A stretch of 64,000 bases of DNA from Patescibacteria group bacterium (GCA_040390125.1 JAZJYZ010000001.1:163698-227697); one strand, 5' to 3'. Counted from the first letter of the stretch, positions 1 to 9,733 are shown. Notes: generated from the letters alone by a model not told the origin. Translations and numbers: made by a program.

Positions 1-341
1 TCACGGATGTCTTCACGAACGTCAGCACGTCCGGTAGTAGTTGCTGCGTCCCTCTTGTCTTCTCGCACATCCCTCCTGTCCTCTGCACGATCTTTCACAT
101 CTTCTCGCTTATCGGCGGGGAGGAGTGCTCGTATCGGCTGAGGAATAAGAGATTTTATTCGGGGTGCTGGTTTTGGTGGTACGGGTCTTTCTGTGGTTAC
201 GGTGGCATCAGCCTCTGCTGTAACTGTTGCTTCCTCGGCGGATACACTGCCTGCCCATAGGAATAGGGCAAGAAGGATGGAAAGAAAAGCACTCTGTGCA
301 ATAAGGCGTGGAATGTTATTGGGTACTGCAATTGATTTCAT
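1..341 (-). CDS. Partial CDS running off the window start. Hypothetical secreted protein with an N-terminal signal peptide, followed by charged REDV/KDR-type repeats
   Basis: Manual reverse translation from ATG at 339-341 gives MKSIAVPNNIPRLIAQSAFLSILLALFLWAGSVSA... with no stop before the window edge; hydrophobic signal-like N-terminus. Confidence 0.4.
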   Translation of the reverse strand, partial: MKSIAVPNNIPRLIAQSAFLSILLALFLWAGSVSAEEATVTAEADATVTTERPVPPKPAPRIKSLIPQPIRALLPADKREDVKDRAEDRRDVREDKRDAATTTGRADVREDIR

Positions 342-437
342 AACGATATAGATAAGTTAATAAAAATGCCACAGCGAATGTAGGGCATCTTTCTGTTACC
401 AGTATATATGACGTTTGAGTGAGGTTTTTCTTTCCAA

Positions 438-477
438 CCCAACACAAAACCCGCCTTTTGGCGGGTTTTGTGTTGGG
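438..477. terminator. Bidirectional rho-independent terminator; perfect 18-bp palindrome cccaacacaaaacccgcc/ggcgggttttgtgttggg with a T-rich loop
   Basis: Perfect inverted repeat seen directly, just downstream of the ppa stop on the minus strand. Confidence 0.7.
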
Positions 478-496
478 TAGCATTGATTATTTTAGG

Positions 497-1021
497 TTAT
501 TTTTTGAATTTTTCCTGGTAGAGCTTTCTTCCTCGCTCGAACGCTGCTTTTGCGTCTGCTGCACTCTTGAAGCCAGGGACGGTTACTTTCTCACCTTTTA
601 AATCTTTATATGTTTCAAAGAAGTTCTGAATTTCTTTGAGTGTGTGCTTGTTTATGTCAGCAAGGTCGTGCACATCATCCCAACGCTTGTCTTTTACTGG
701 AACACCTATGACCTTGTAGTCCTCCTCTCCTGCGTCAATCATTTCCATGAATGCTACAGGGCGAATACGGACGAGCATTCCAGAAGGGATTGGAAATGTT
801 GCGAGTACCACAACATCCAAGGCATCACCGTCGTCCCAGTACGTTTTCGGGATGAAGCCATACTCAAAAGGATACGGTGCTGAGCCATAGTTTGCACGAT
901 CAAGTGCGAGCATTCCGGTTTCCTTATCTATTTCGTACTTGTTGTGCGATCCTTTTGGAATTTCAATAACCGCATTCATCTCATCTGCGGTGCCTGGGTC
1001 GATGTCGTGCCAAAGATTCAT
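497..1021 (-). CDS. ppa: Inorganic pyrophosphatase (family I)
   Basis: 174-aa ORF of typical family I pyrophosphatase length; the translated sequence reads as this family throughout. Confidence 0.93.
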   Translation of the reverse strand: MNLWHDIDPGTADEMNAVIEIPKGSHNKYEIDKETGMLALDRANYGSAPYPFEYGFIPKTYWDDGDALDVVVLATFPIPSGMLVRIRPVAFMEMIDAGEEDYKVIGVPVKDKRWDDVHDLADINKHTLKEIQNFFETYKDLKGEKVTVPGFKSAADAKAAFERGRKLYQEKFKK

Positions 1022-1059
1022 AGTGAACAGTTTACAGCTAACAGTTTACAGAAACAACT

Positions 1060-2310
1060 TTATTCGTCTGCTTTTTCTACTGATTGCTCAAGGGGAGCTT
1101 CTTCAATTGCTTCGGCTTCTGCCTCGCCAACCTCCTTATCTTCAGGGGAAGAGAGTTCTTCTTCGGCGGAGAGTTTTGCAGTATCGCCTTCGTTCTCGCT
1201 CACCGCTGCCACTGTTCCGCCAATTGGGCGGATGTCTATTGACCAGCCAGTAAGCTTTGCAGCGAGACGCACATTTTGACCGCCACGGCCGATTGCCAAC
1301 GATTGCTGATCTTCAGAGACTTCAGCAACTGCACGATGTGTTTCTTCATCAAGCTCGATTGAGAGTACTTGAGCAGGGGAGAGTGCGTCTTCAATAAATT
1401 GCTTTGTTTCTTCTGACCATTCAATGATGTCGATGCGTTCACCGCCGAGCTCGCTCATGACAGTTGAGACACGAACACCTCGCTGACCTACGAGTGCACC
1501 CACTGGGTCAATGCGTGAATCGGTTGCATGCACAGCAACTTTGGAGCGACCGCCCGCTTCACGAGCGATAGCTTTTATGACAACTGCACCGCTTGCGATT
1601 TCAGGCACTTCAAGTTCGAAAAGTTTTTCCAAGAATTTTGGATGTGCACGTGACAAGCGCAAGAATACGCCACGAACTCCTTCCTCCACTGAAAAGAGGT
1701 ATGCACGTACACGCTCACCTGCACGGTAGCGCTCACCTGGAATTTGCTCGTGGTACGGCATGATGCCTGTTGCACGACCCAAGTCCACGTAGAGGTTCCC
1801 ACGTTCAATGCGTTGCACGATGCCGTGAACGATGTCTCCTTCTTTACCGCCGTATTCTTCAACAACTGAAGCACGTTCTGCTTCACGAATTTTCTGCATG
1901 ATGACCTGCTTTGCGGTTTGTGCGGCGATGCGTCCGAAGTCAGTCTTTTGCTCTAAGGGAAAGATAAGTTCATCACCTACGGCGACATCTCTTTTAATAC
2001 GCTTTGCGTCTTCAACAAAGAGGAATCGCTCTTCGTTGTAGTGAGGACGTTCATCGCCTTCTTCTACGGGCGATTCATCGCCGTCCATGCGAACTTCTGA
2101 AGGATCAACAACCATCTTTACTTGGAAGAAATTCACACCTCCGGTTGAAATATCAAATTGCGCACGGACTATTTGGTCACGCTTGCCGTATTCACGCTTG
2201 TAGGCAGTTGCAAGAGCACCTTCTATGGCTTCTATCATCTTGTCACGTGGGATGCCCCGCTCTTCAGAGAATTGATCGATGACGAGGTTTATTGTTTTGA
2301 GGTCGAACAT
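1060..2310 (-). CDS. nusA: Transcription termination/antitermination factor NusA with an acidic C-terminal tail
   Basis: 416-aa ORF whose N-terminal, S1 and KH regions read as NusA; Glu/Asp-rich C-terminus. Confidence 0.93.
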   Translation of the reverse strand: MFDLKTINLVIDQFSEERGIPRDKMIEAIEGALATAYKREYGKRDQIVRAQFDISTGGVNFFQVKMVVDPSEVRMDGDESPVEEGDERPHYNEERFLFVEDAKRIKRDVAVGDELIFPLEQKTDFGRIAAQTAKQVIMQKIREAERASVVEEYGGKEGDIVHGIVQRIERGNLYVDLGRATGIMPYHEQIPGERYRAGERVRAYLFSVEEGVRGVFLRLSRAHPKFLEKLFELEVPEIASGAVVIKAIAREAGGRSKVAVHATDSRIDPVGALVGQRGVRVSTVMSELGGERIDIIEWSEETKQFIEDALSPAQVLSIELDEETHRAVAEVSEDQQSLAIGRGGQNVRLAAKLTGWSIDIRPIGGTVAAVSENEGDTAKLSAEEELSSPEDKEVGEAEAEAIEEAPLEQSVEKADE

Positions 2311-2556
2311 GGTTAGATTTTATTAGCGAGTGATAACGAGTTTAGAAAATCTTCCACCCCGTTAAATCCCCGGAACGGGGACGCTTCGTATTCGAAGCGT
2401 ATTTAACAGGGTTAACGAAAATATAGTCGAGTGGCTCTCCTTGTTTTCCTAAAAAAACAGGCCCGCTACGCGGACCCGTGGAGGGAAACTGACTCAAAAA
2501 GTATAGCTTAGAGGAGCAAACGTGTCAACGCTCCAAATGCATCAGCGTTACCACTT

Positions 2557-2925
2557 CTAATTATAGGGAGAAGTCCACTCGTCCAATTTACGTTTCATAG
2601 CACCTCCAATTTGTCGTATCTTACCTATCCCAAAAAGAGTGCCTATCAATCCAGCAAGGAACTTACCGTGTTGTATAATCACTTGTAAAAAATCTTGTCC
2701 CGTTCGTGCTCCTTCAGCAAGCACTTCGCCTCCGTAATAGACTCCAGCTTGTGCCAGCTCCTCTACCGATACGTTCTTTACCTTCGCATTTTCACCTGGT
2801 CCTCTAAAAACATTAGCTACGTCAACAGGAACAGAAAGATCCTCTCGTCTTATAACAGATTTACCACCGCTTGCAGGGTGAGATTCAAAAGCAGAATGAG
2901 TCAATTTTTCAGCAGCAAAAGCCAT
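2557..2925 (-). CDS. Hypothetical 122-aa protein with a C-terminal glycine-zipper amphipathic segment (GKFLAGLIGTLFGIGKI)
   Basis: ORF with a TTGACA-containing upstream region; its C-terminal motif resembles that of the divergent neighbour at 3318-3626. Confidence 0.5.
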   Translation of the reverse strand: MAFAAEKLTHSAFESHPASGGKSVIRREDLSVPVDVANVFRGPGENAKVKNVSVEELAQAGVYYGGEVLAEGARTGQDFLQVIIQHGKFLAGLIGTLFGIGKIRQIGGAMKRKLDEWTSPYN

Positions 2926-3317
2926 ATGTAATTTTGTTCAATAAATTTCTCGGATTTCTAATATCAGTAGGGTACTACACTTAAACCATTCTGTCAAGTA
3001 CTTCTTTCCGAGCATTTTTTAGCCGTATTTTTGGTATTTTCTCGCTTCTATTTTTAATGTTTTCTTTTATTTTTTATTTCTAATGTTTCGCCCTCCTACC
3101 GCCTGTTTCGCTTCCGCTCAACATCGGCGGTTCCCGAAACGGGATCGGAGGAAAATTGAAGCAGTTCAATTTTCCTCCCCAAAAGCCAAAAGCCAAAAGC
3201 TCAACGCTTCCCTGATGTTAGCCTGTATACAGAATGCGCGTACCTTGACAAGTAGTTATATTGCATGTAGGATGACCACCATTAGATTGGGTTTATTAAT
3301 TCCCAGATTTAATTCTA

Positions 3318-3626
3318 TTGCATAAATTTATGAACAATGAAGGTATAGGTATGACTTCCGGCCTCTCAAGACGTGGGAAAATCCGACGTGGAGGTTTAGT
3401 GCAAGCTGGTGGATTCACGGCTGGAGCTGCAGTTGTGGGAGTCATCGGTGAACGTATTTTGGCCGCTCATTCTGGCTTTAGTTTTGACAGTAGCTTTAGA
3501 GACAATCTACCTGCAATTATAGGGGAAGTCACAAACAATTTTGCTGGCCTTCTTGGTATTCTTGGTATTAAGGGAATGGCGGAATTACTTCTTGGGAAAA
3601 AAATTGTTTTAAGGACAGAAAAATAA
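3318..3626 (+). CDS. Hypothetical 102-aa glycine-rich protein (GxxxG zippers; C-terminal FAGLLGILGIKGM), a possible paralog of 2557-2925
   Basis: ORF followed by a clean terminator; upstream TTGACAagtag...TAGGAT promoter-like sequence at 3247-3275. Confidence 0.5.
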   Translation: MHKFMNNEGIGMTSGLSRRGKIRRGGLVQAGGFTAGAAVVGVIGERILAAHSGFSFDSSFRDNLPAIIGEVTNNFAGLLGILGIKGMAELLLGKKIVLRTEK

Positions 3627-3645
3627 AGTTACTTTTTGATTTCAT

Positions 3646-3677
3646 AAAAACCCGAAGTCTCGCTTCGGGTTTTTATT
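3646..3677 (+). terminator. Rho-independent terminator (cccgaag tctcg cttcggg then T-run)
   Basis: GC stem followed by TTTTTATTTT. Confidence 0.7.
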
Positions 3678-3749
3678 TTGTAATTTCCTCCACTAAACCC
3701 TAGCCACTAAACGCTAAACCCTGCTCTGTAATGTTATTCTTACCAAAGA

Positions 3750-5486
3750 ATGGTCGTTCCCGACGCACAATTAAAGACATTTGTGATTGATTCTGGGTTG
3801 GTATCCCGGAAAGATTTTGAATCTGCAGAGAAAACTGCAAAAGATACAGCACAGCCCTTGAGTGACACGCTGGTTTCTGCCGGTATTTTGAGCGAAGACG
3901 ATCTTCGCCGGATGCAGGCACACATACTCGGGATTCCGTTTATATCTCTTTCAGGAATCAAGATAGATTTTGAAGTACTCTCGCTCATTCCGGAGCCTAT
4001 TGCCCGCAAACACAATGTCATTGCATATAAGAAGACAGACGACTCTCTTGAAGTGGCAATGCTCTACACAAGCGACTTGGAGCCTTTGAATTTCATAAAG
4101 AAGAAAATAGGGTTGAAAATTCTACCTCGCCTGACCGACACTGCATCTCTAAAGAGTGCACTCTTGCAGTATCAGAAGTCTCTAAAGGAAGAATTTGGCG
4201 ACATTATTCAAGGTGCTTCGCAGTCGATTACAGATACTGAGAGTTTGGACACCGCAGGCTTAAAGAAGCTTGCTGATGATGTGCCGGTCATTAAGGTGGT
4301 GGACACTCTGCTTCGGCATGCGGTAGTGCAGGGTGCATCGGACATCCATATTGAGCCATTAGAAGAGATGCTCCTGGTGCGGTATCGAATCGACGGGGTA
4401 TTACATGATGCGATGGAGTTGCCAAAAAATATTGCAGCGGGTGTGACGGCACGCATTAAGGTGCTGGCAAACTTAAAACTTGATGAGAAACGTCTTCCGC
4501 AAGATGGTCGCTTTAAGATGGAAGCCGACAAAGAGAGAGTGTCGCTCCGTGTATCTGTGATGCCTACGTATTTTGGAGAAAAAACAGTGATGCGTCTTCT
4601 TCGTGAAGGCGGGGGAGGATTCACACTCGAATCGTTAGGGTTTCATGGTGTTGCACTTGAGCGTGTACATGCAGCATCAAAACAATCGACAGGTATGATT
4701 TTGATGACGGGACCAACGGGAAGTGGAAAGACGACGACCTTGTACACCATTTTGGATATTTTGAACACGCCCGACGTAAATATTTCAACCATTGAAGATC
4801 CTATTGAATATCAAATGCCACGTGTAAACCAGACACAAGTGAGGGCCGACATTGGTTTCACTTTTGCCTCAGGCTTACGCTCTCTTGTGCGTCAAGACCC
4901 GGACATCATCATGGTTGGAGAAATTCGTGACACTGAAACTGCGTCACTTGCAATCAACGCAGCCTTGACGGGACATCTTGTCCTCTCAACCCTTCATACT
5001 AATTCTGCAGCGGCGGCAATACCACGTCTCGTCGACATGGAGGCAGAGCCGTTTCTCTTGGTTTCATCACTTAGAGTGATTATCGGTCAGCGGTTAGTGC
5101 GACGGTTAGCTTCTGATCGTATTGAATACACATTGTCTGAAGAAGAGATTCAGCAGTTGAAAGCCACCATTGATATTGATCGTGTTCTTGCTGTTCTAAA
5201 AGAAGAAAAACACATCCCTACCGAGGCAACCATTAAAGAGATTCCATTCTTTAAGCCGAAAGAAAACGGAGTCTCCGTTGATGGGTACTCTGGGCGTATT
5301 GGTATCCACGAAGTTTTGCCGGTAACTCACGAAATACGAGAGCTTATTTTGAAGCGAGTGTCGGCGGATGACATTGAAGTGCAAGCAAAGCATGAAGGCA
5401 TGCTGACAATGGTGGAGGATGGAATTTTTAAGGCGGCGACAGGAATTACAACGATTGAAGAAGTCCTCCGAGTTATTAGCGAGTAG
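3750..5486 (+). CDS. pilB: Type IV pilus assembly ATPase PilB/GspE family
   Basis: Walker A GPTGSGKTTT; 578 aa; followed by pilC and pilin genes. Confidence 0.9.
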   Translation: MVVPDAQLKTFVIDSGLVSRKDFESAEKTAKDTAQPLSDTLVSAGILSEDDLRRMQAHILGIPFISLSGIKIDFEVLSLIPEPIARKHNVIAYKKTDDSLEVAMLYTSDLEPLNFIKKKIGLKILPRLTDTASLKSALLQYQKSLKEEFGDIIQGASQSITDTESLDTAGLKKLADDVPVIKVVDTLLRHAVVQGASDIHIEPLEEMLLVRYRIDGVLHDAMELPKNIAAGVTARIKVLANLKLDEKRLPQDGRFKMEADKERVSLRVSVMPTYFGEKTVMRLLREGGGGFTLESLGFHGVALERVHAASKQSTGMILMTGPTGSGKTTTLYTILDILNTPDVNISTIEDPIEYQMPRVNQTQVRADIGFTFASGLRSLVRQDPDIIMVGEIRDTETASLAINAALTGHLVLSTLHTNSAAAAIPRLVDMEAEPFLLVSSLRVIIGQRLVRRLASDRIEYTLSEEEIQQLKATIDIDRVLAVLKEEKHIPTEATIKEIPFFKPKENGVSVDGYSGRIGIHEVLPVTHEIRELILKRVSADDIEVQAKHEGMLTMVEDGIFKAATGITTIEEVLRVISE

Positions 5487-5576
5487 AATGTAGAAAGTAG
5501 AGAAGTAAACACACTATGCATATTCTTTCTACCTTCCACTTTCTACCTTCCACTTTCTACCTTCCATATACTCACT

Positions 5577-6791
5577 ATGAAATTCAAAGTTACTGCTATC
5601 ACTAAAAGCGGAGAAATGTACACGGACGTCGTCGATGTGGCGGATCGTTTTCAGGTATACCGCGATATACGCGAAAAAGGTGACACCGTTCTTGATTTAA
5701 AAGAGGAGGGGACAGGAAAATCCTTCTCACTCAATTTCTCCCTCGATATATTCAATCCTATTTCGCTTGATGAGAAGGTAGTGCTGGCACGCAATCTTGC
5801 TGCAATGCTTGAAGCAGGCCTCACTATTTCTCGTTCACTTGAAGTGATGAAGCGACAAACAAGAAACGTGCGAATGCAAAACACTCTGACTGCCATTATT
5901 GCTGATGTGAAGAAGGGCGAAACATTCTCCGCCGCTCTTGCCGGGTTCCCTAAGGTTTTTTCGCAGTTGATGATTGCTATGGTGCGTGCCGGAGAAGAAT
6001 CAGGAAAACTCACTGAGGCACTACGGGTCGTTTCCATTCAGATGGAGCGCTCTTCTAATCTGCAGAAAAAAATTAAAGGTGCGCTTATTTACCCAGGAAT
6101 AGTCTTGAGTGCAATGGTGGGCATTGGAATACTTATGCTCGTCTATGTTGTGCCGACGTTGTCTGGAACGTTCAAAGAATTGAAAGTGTCTCTCCCCCCA
6201 ACCACTCAGTTTATTATTGGTGCAAGCGATTTCTTGATTCACAACACACTCGTCGCTCTGCTGTGTTTTGGCGTTCTGGCGGTAGTATGTGTGTGGGCTA
6301 TGCGGTCAGTAAGAGGTAAGCATTTCTTAGGATGGCTTTTTTTGAAAATTCCCGTTATTGGTCCATTAATGGTGGAAATTAATGTTGCACGCACGACTCG
6401 AACACTCGCATCGTTATTTGCTTCGGGTGTTAATGCGATTTTGTCGGTGAAAATTACGTGCGATGTTCTTGAGAATGTTCAATATAAGAAGGTGCTCATT
6501 GAGGCAGAAAAAAGTCTCACTGAAGGTTCACCTTTGTCAGTAACTTTTGCAAAATATCCAAAACTTTTTCCGCCGTTGGTTTCTGAAATCATGGCGGTTG
6601 GCGAAGAAACGGGACGTTTGTCGGTTCTTCTTAAAGAGAATGCAGAATTTTATGAGGATTCGGTGGAACGTCAAACCAAGGACATGTCTACAATCATTGA
6701 GCCGTTCTTGATGATTATTATTGGTGTCATGGTTGGGTTTTTTGCGCTCTCAATGATCGCCCCAATCTATTCATTGTCGAGTGGAATTTAA
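5577..6791 (+). CDS. pilC: Type IV pilus inner-membrane platform protein PilC/GspF
   Basis: 404 aa polytopic membrane protein directly downstream of pilB. Confidence 0.88.
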   Translation: MKFKVTAITKSGEMYTDVVDVADRFQVYRDIREKGDTVLDLKEEGTGKSFSLNFSLDIFNPISLDEKVVLARNLAAMLEAGLTISRSLEVMKRQTRNVRMQNTLTAIIADVKKGETFSAALAGFPKVFSQLMIAMVRAGEESGKLTEALRVVSIQMERSSNLQKKIKGALIYPGIVLSAMVGIGILMLVYVVPTLSGTFKELKVSLPPTTQFIIGASDFLIHNTLVALLCFGVLAVVCVWAMRSVRGKHFLGWLFLKIPVIGPLMVEINVARTTRTLASLFASGVNAILSVKITCDVLENVQYKKVLIEAEKSLTEGSPLSVTFAKYPKLFPPLVSEIMAVGEETGRLSVLLKENAEFYEDSVERQTKDMSTIIEPFLMIIIGVMVGFFALSMIAPIYSLSSGI

Positions 6792-7274
6792 ATGAGGTGT
6801 CAGCTTTCAGCTTTCAGCTTTCAGGCGACGCCTCGTCGGATCCGAAGGGATCATAGGAGGAAAGAAAGCTTTTCGCGAGGGATGACACTTATTGAAGTAG
6901 TCGTCGCCGTCTCTTTGATGCTTATAATTTTCTTGGGATTTTTTGGTGCCTATGTGGCGTCTGCTGACTTGGTGCGGAGCACTTCTGCCCGAAGTGGAGC
7001 TCTCTTTCTTATGGCAAACAGAATGGAATACATAAGGGGGTTGGCGTATGGCTCTATAGGTACTGTGGGTGGAACGCCGTCAGGAAGTCTTGTGGCTAGT
7101 GAGCCAAGGATTTTGAATGGTATTACTTACACCATTCGTACAACGGTTGCATACATTGATGACGGAGCGAATGGTGCCGGTGCCGGCGATTATAAAACAG
7201 TGAAAGTTGAAGCAGATTGGAATTTTAGAAATGTCTCACAAAGTATCTCTACTGTTACCTATGTCGCACCGTAA
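6792..7274 (+). CDS. Type IV pilin / pseudopilin with a prepilin-type N-terminal methylation motif (SRG|MTLIEVVVAV); true start uncertain
   Basis: Class III signal hallmark G followed by xTLIE with E at +5 and a hydrophobic helix. The only in-frame ATG upstream gives a 30-aa leader overlapping the AGCTTTCAG repeats; ATG at 6882 would give no leader. Confidence 0.75.
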   Translation: MRCQLSAFSFQATPRRIRRDHRRKESFSRGMTLIEVVVAVSLMLIIFLGFFGAYVASADLVRSTSARSGALFLMANRMEYIRGLAYGSIGTVGGTPSGSLVASEPRILNGITYTIRTTVAYIDDGANGAGAGDYKTVKVEADWNFRNVSQSISTVTYVAP

Positions 7275-7857
7275 AAACAGCACTACACGTGGCATGACCT
7301 TAGTTGAAGTCTTGATGACAGTTGCGGTTGTTGCAGTGGTTATGGTGAGTGCGTCTGATGCAGTGCTCTCGCTCTATCGGGCAAATTCCACAGGGACACG
7401 CGGAGTGTCGCAGGTCGGAAGTGCGAGGCACGCACTAGATGCATTGATGGAAGAGCTTCGCCAAAGCTCGTATGGTAACGATGGGTCTTATCCAATTGTT
7501 TCGATTGCCACTTCTTCGATTACTTTTTTTAGTGCTATTCCAAATAGTTCAAGTGCCATGCGAGTTCAGTATCAACTTTCAAGCACAACACTAAATCGAA
7601 GTACGGTGAGCCCAGGTACTCCGCCAACATACACAAGCGCCCCGGTCACCTCGGTTGCCACCGCATACAGTAACAATGTTGCTATGGGTATTCCTATTTT
7701 TCGCTATTACGATAAAAATGGTTTAGAAATTACTGACATGACTCGGACTACTGATGTTCGGTCTGTATCGATTGCAATTAGTATTCTCAATCCTGGGATG
7801 ACTACTCCGTTTATGCTGACTGCAACAACGACGTTGCGTAATTTGAGAGGAATATGA
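7261..7857 (+). CDS. Second pilin/pseudopilin (leader MSHRKNSTTRG | MTLVEVLMTVAVVAVV)
   Basis: Prepilin motif with E at +5; the ORF track starts earlier at TTG 7207, and ATG 7261 gives an 11-aa basic leader. Confidence 0.75.
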   Translation: MSHRKNSTTRGMTLVEVLMTVAVVAVVMVSASDAVLSLYRANSTGTRGVSQVGSARHALDALMEELRQSSYGNDGSYPIVSIATSSITFFSAIPNSSSAMRVQYQLSSTTLNRSTVSPGTPPTYTSAPVTSVATAYSNNVAMGIPIFRYYDKNGLEITDMTRTTDVRSVSIAISILNPGMTTPFMLTATTTLRNLRGI

Positions 7858-9104
7858 AGAATCTACCTCAGGTTCCAGCTTTCAGGTTCCAGCTTTCAGC
7901 TACAGGCAACAGAAGGGTGCGGGGGTTTTTGACGATTTTTGTACTCGTTGCTTCCTCCGTGTTTTTATTTTTACTCTCTGAGCTTATGGGCTCACTGACG
8001 TTAGAGCGTTTAGGGGGAACAATAGAGGCCGACAGTGAAAAAGCTTTTCATATAGCCGAAGCCGGGCTTGAGTACTATCGTTGGCACTTTGCAGAGTTTC
8101 CAGGTGATCTACAAGACGGTACTGCAAGTGCGGGGCCCTATGAGCATGATGTAGCGGATCCAGAAACTAGTAACACAATTGGAACATTTTCTCTTGATAT
8201 CTCAGGCATAACTTCATGCGGTGTACTCACATCCGCCACAGTGAACTCAACTGGTTCCATGGCTAGTAGCTCAACACACCGAACTACGTTGATTGCTGAA
8301 TATGGAAAACCCACACTTTCCGCATCAACGAGTCCGGCGAAGTCCGATGCTACAGCAATTGCAACATCGCTCCCAAGTTTGAAGACGTACGCACAGTCGT
8401 CAGGCGTTTACATTGCGACATCCACAGGGTATGGATACAAAATTGTTTTCAAATCGAACGGAACATTTGATGCGTCGCCCGTTACTGGTGTCACGGAGGT
8501 ATGGGGGTATTCAACGGATGATGGGTGGCAACAAGAGGATACGATTATTTCTACAACAGGTGTTGCGGTGAACCATACTGTGCCTTCCGAATGTCCGGTG
8601 GTATTTGTTGAAGATACTGTCTGGCTTCAAGGCACTGTTTCGGGCAAAGTTACGTTAGTTTCCGCAAATATAACAAACGCTGGCGTCGATCCGAATATTG
8701 TACTTACCGGAAACATTACGTACGCCCACGCATACGATGATGGTTTTACGGCGATTGCTGAAGATTCAGTACTGATATCACTAGATTCTCCTGACGTCAT
8801 GCAACTCTCAGGAATCTATGTAGCCAGCAAGGGTCACTTTGGGCGGCATCGCTATGATGCATCCGGCACTCACGCTGTTCCCGTAAGCCTTCAGTCGTCA
8901 GTGCTCCGCTCCACCCTCAACACATTTGGGACATTTGCTTCAATGGAGACAGTTGATACTAAATGGCTCTCTTCCGGTGCGTTTATTTCAGGCTATAGCA
9001 CAAGGACTGATGTCCATGATCCTTTCTTAGGAAAGCTACCTCCGCCGTTCACTCCGGTTACTTCAAATGACTTCCGTTTCACAGACTGGAGAATACAGGA
9101 GTAG
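7854..9104 (+). CDS. PilX-like minor pilin / pilus-associated protein (N-terminal TM helix, then an AFHIAEAGLEY motif typical of the PilX N domain)
   Basis: TM helix LTIFVLVASSVFLFLL followed by an A.AEAG motif; a GTG at 7917 is an alternative start, because the first 60 nt are AGCTTTCAG repeats. Confidence 0.6.
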   Translation: MKNLPQVPAFRFQLSATGNRRVRGFLTIFVLVASSVFLFLLSELMGSLTLERLGGTIEADSEKAFHIAEAGLEYYRWHFAEFPGDLQDGTASAGPYEHDVADPETSNTIGTFSLDISGITSCGVLTSATVNSTGSMASSSTHRTTLIAEYGKPTLSASTSPAKSDATAIATSLPSLKTYAQSSGVYIATSTGYGYKIVFKSNGTFDASPVTGVTEVWGYSTDDGWQQEDTIISTTGVAVNHTVPSECPVVFVEDTVWLQGTVSGKVTLVSANITNAGVDPNIVLTGNITYAHAYDDGFTAIAEDSVLISLDSPDVMQLSGIYVASKGHFGRHRYDASGTHAVPVSLQSSVLRSTLNTFGTFASMETVDTKWLSSGAFISGYSTRTDVHDPFLGKLPPPFTPVTSNDFRFTDWRIQE

Positions 9105-9163
9105 TTGTTAGTGAACAGTGGACAGTGTTTAGGGAAAAGAAACAGCACTATTTTTGAATTCTT

Positions 9164-9733
9164 TTAGCGAGTACTTCTTAGTTTTTCTATAACTTTCACA
9201 ACCAAATCTTTTGGGTTCGTGTCATATGCTATCACTGCACCATGATCAGTCGGACATACTTTCATAATGTCTCTGATTTTGTCACTGACTCCGCCCGACC
9301 CTTCGAGTACGCCAATTACTTTACCTTCGTAGTTTGCAATGCAAAATTCTTCTAGCGTTCCAGTTTCACCACCGATGAAGATAGCCCCATCGCAATTGCG
9401 GATATTCAAATAGTTTCTTCCCGTGTATCCGCTTCCAGTCCACATAATTACCGAAGCTCCATCGAGAGGTCTCTCATACCTTTCTACATGCTCCCTAGGA
9501 TCATGTGCTGGTGAAATTCCCAATACAAACCCTCCTTTTTTAATCGCTGTTTTCCCTGCAATACCTGGCAAGCCTGCAGTGGCACCTGTAACTACTATTG
9601 CCTCGCACTCGATGATTGTTTCGCCGATTATAGCCGCCTGTTGTTCAGAATCTTTATTCCAAGTGAAAGCGCCCCCGAACACACCGATTCGTAGAGTCTT
9701 TTCGCTCAAAGAGTGTATTGAGTTACTTTTCAT
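9164..9733 (-). CDS. TIGR00725/LOG-family Rossmann-fold protein (SLOG / lysine-decarboxylase-like)
   Basis: IGVFGG...VVTGATAGLPGIAGKTAIKKGGFVLGISP pattern. Confidence 0.7.
   Translation of the reverse strand: MKSNSIHSLSEKTLRIGVFGGAFTWNKDSEQQAAIIGETIIECEAIVVTGATAGLPGIAGKTAIKKGGFVLGISPAHDPREHVERYERPLDGASVIMWTGSGYTGRNYLNIRNCDGAIFIGGETGTLEEFCIANYEGKVIGVLEGSGGVSDKIRDIMKVCPTDHGAVIAYDTNPKDLVVKVIEKLRSTR

Noticed and set aside
3083-3325. 80-aa plus-strand ORF containing aaaagccaaaagccaaaagc repeats
   Set aside because: It lies in the divergent promoter region between the two glycine-zipper genes and overlaps the promoter-like TTGACA motif; its coding potential comes from the repeat.
4208-4624. 138-aa minus-strand ORF, with similar ORFs at 3740-4021 and 5651-6037
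   Set aside because: Antisense within pilB and pilC; no independent support.
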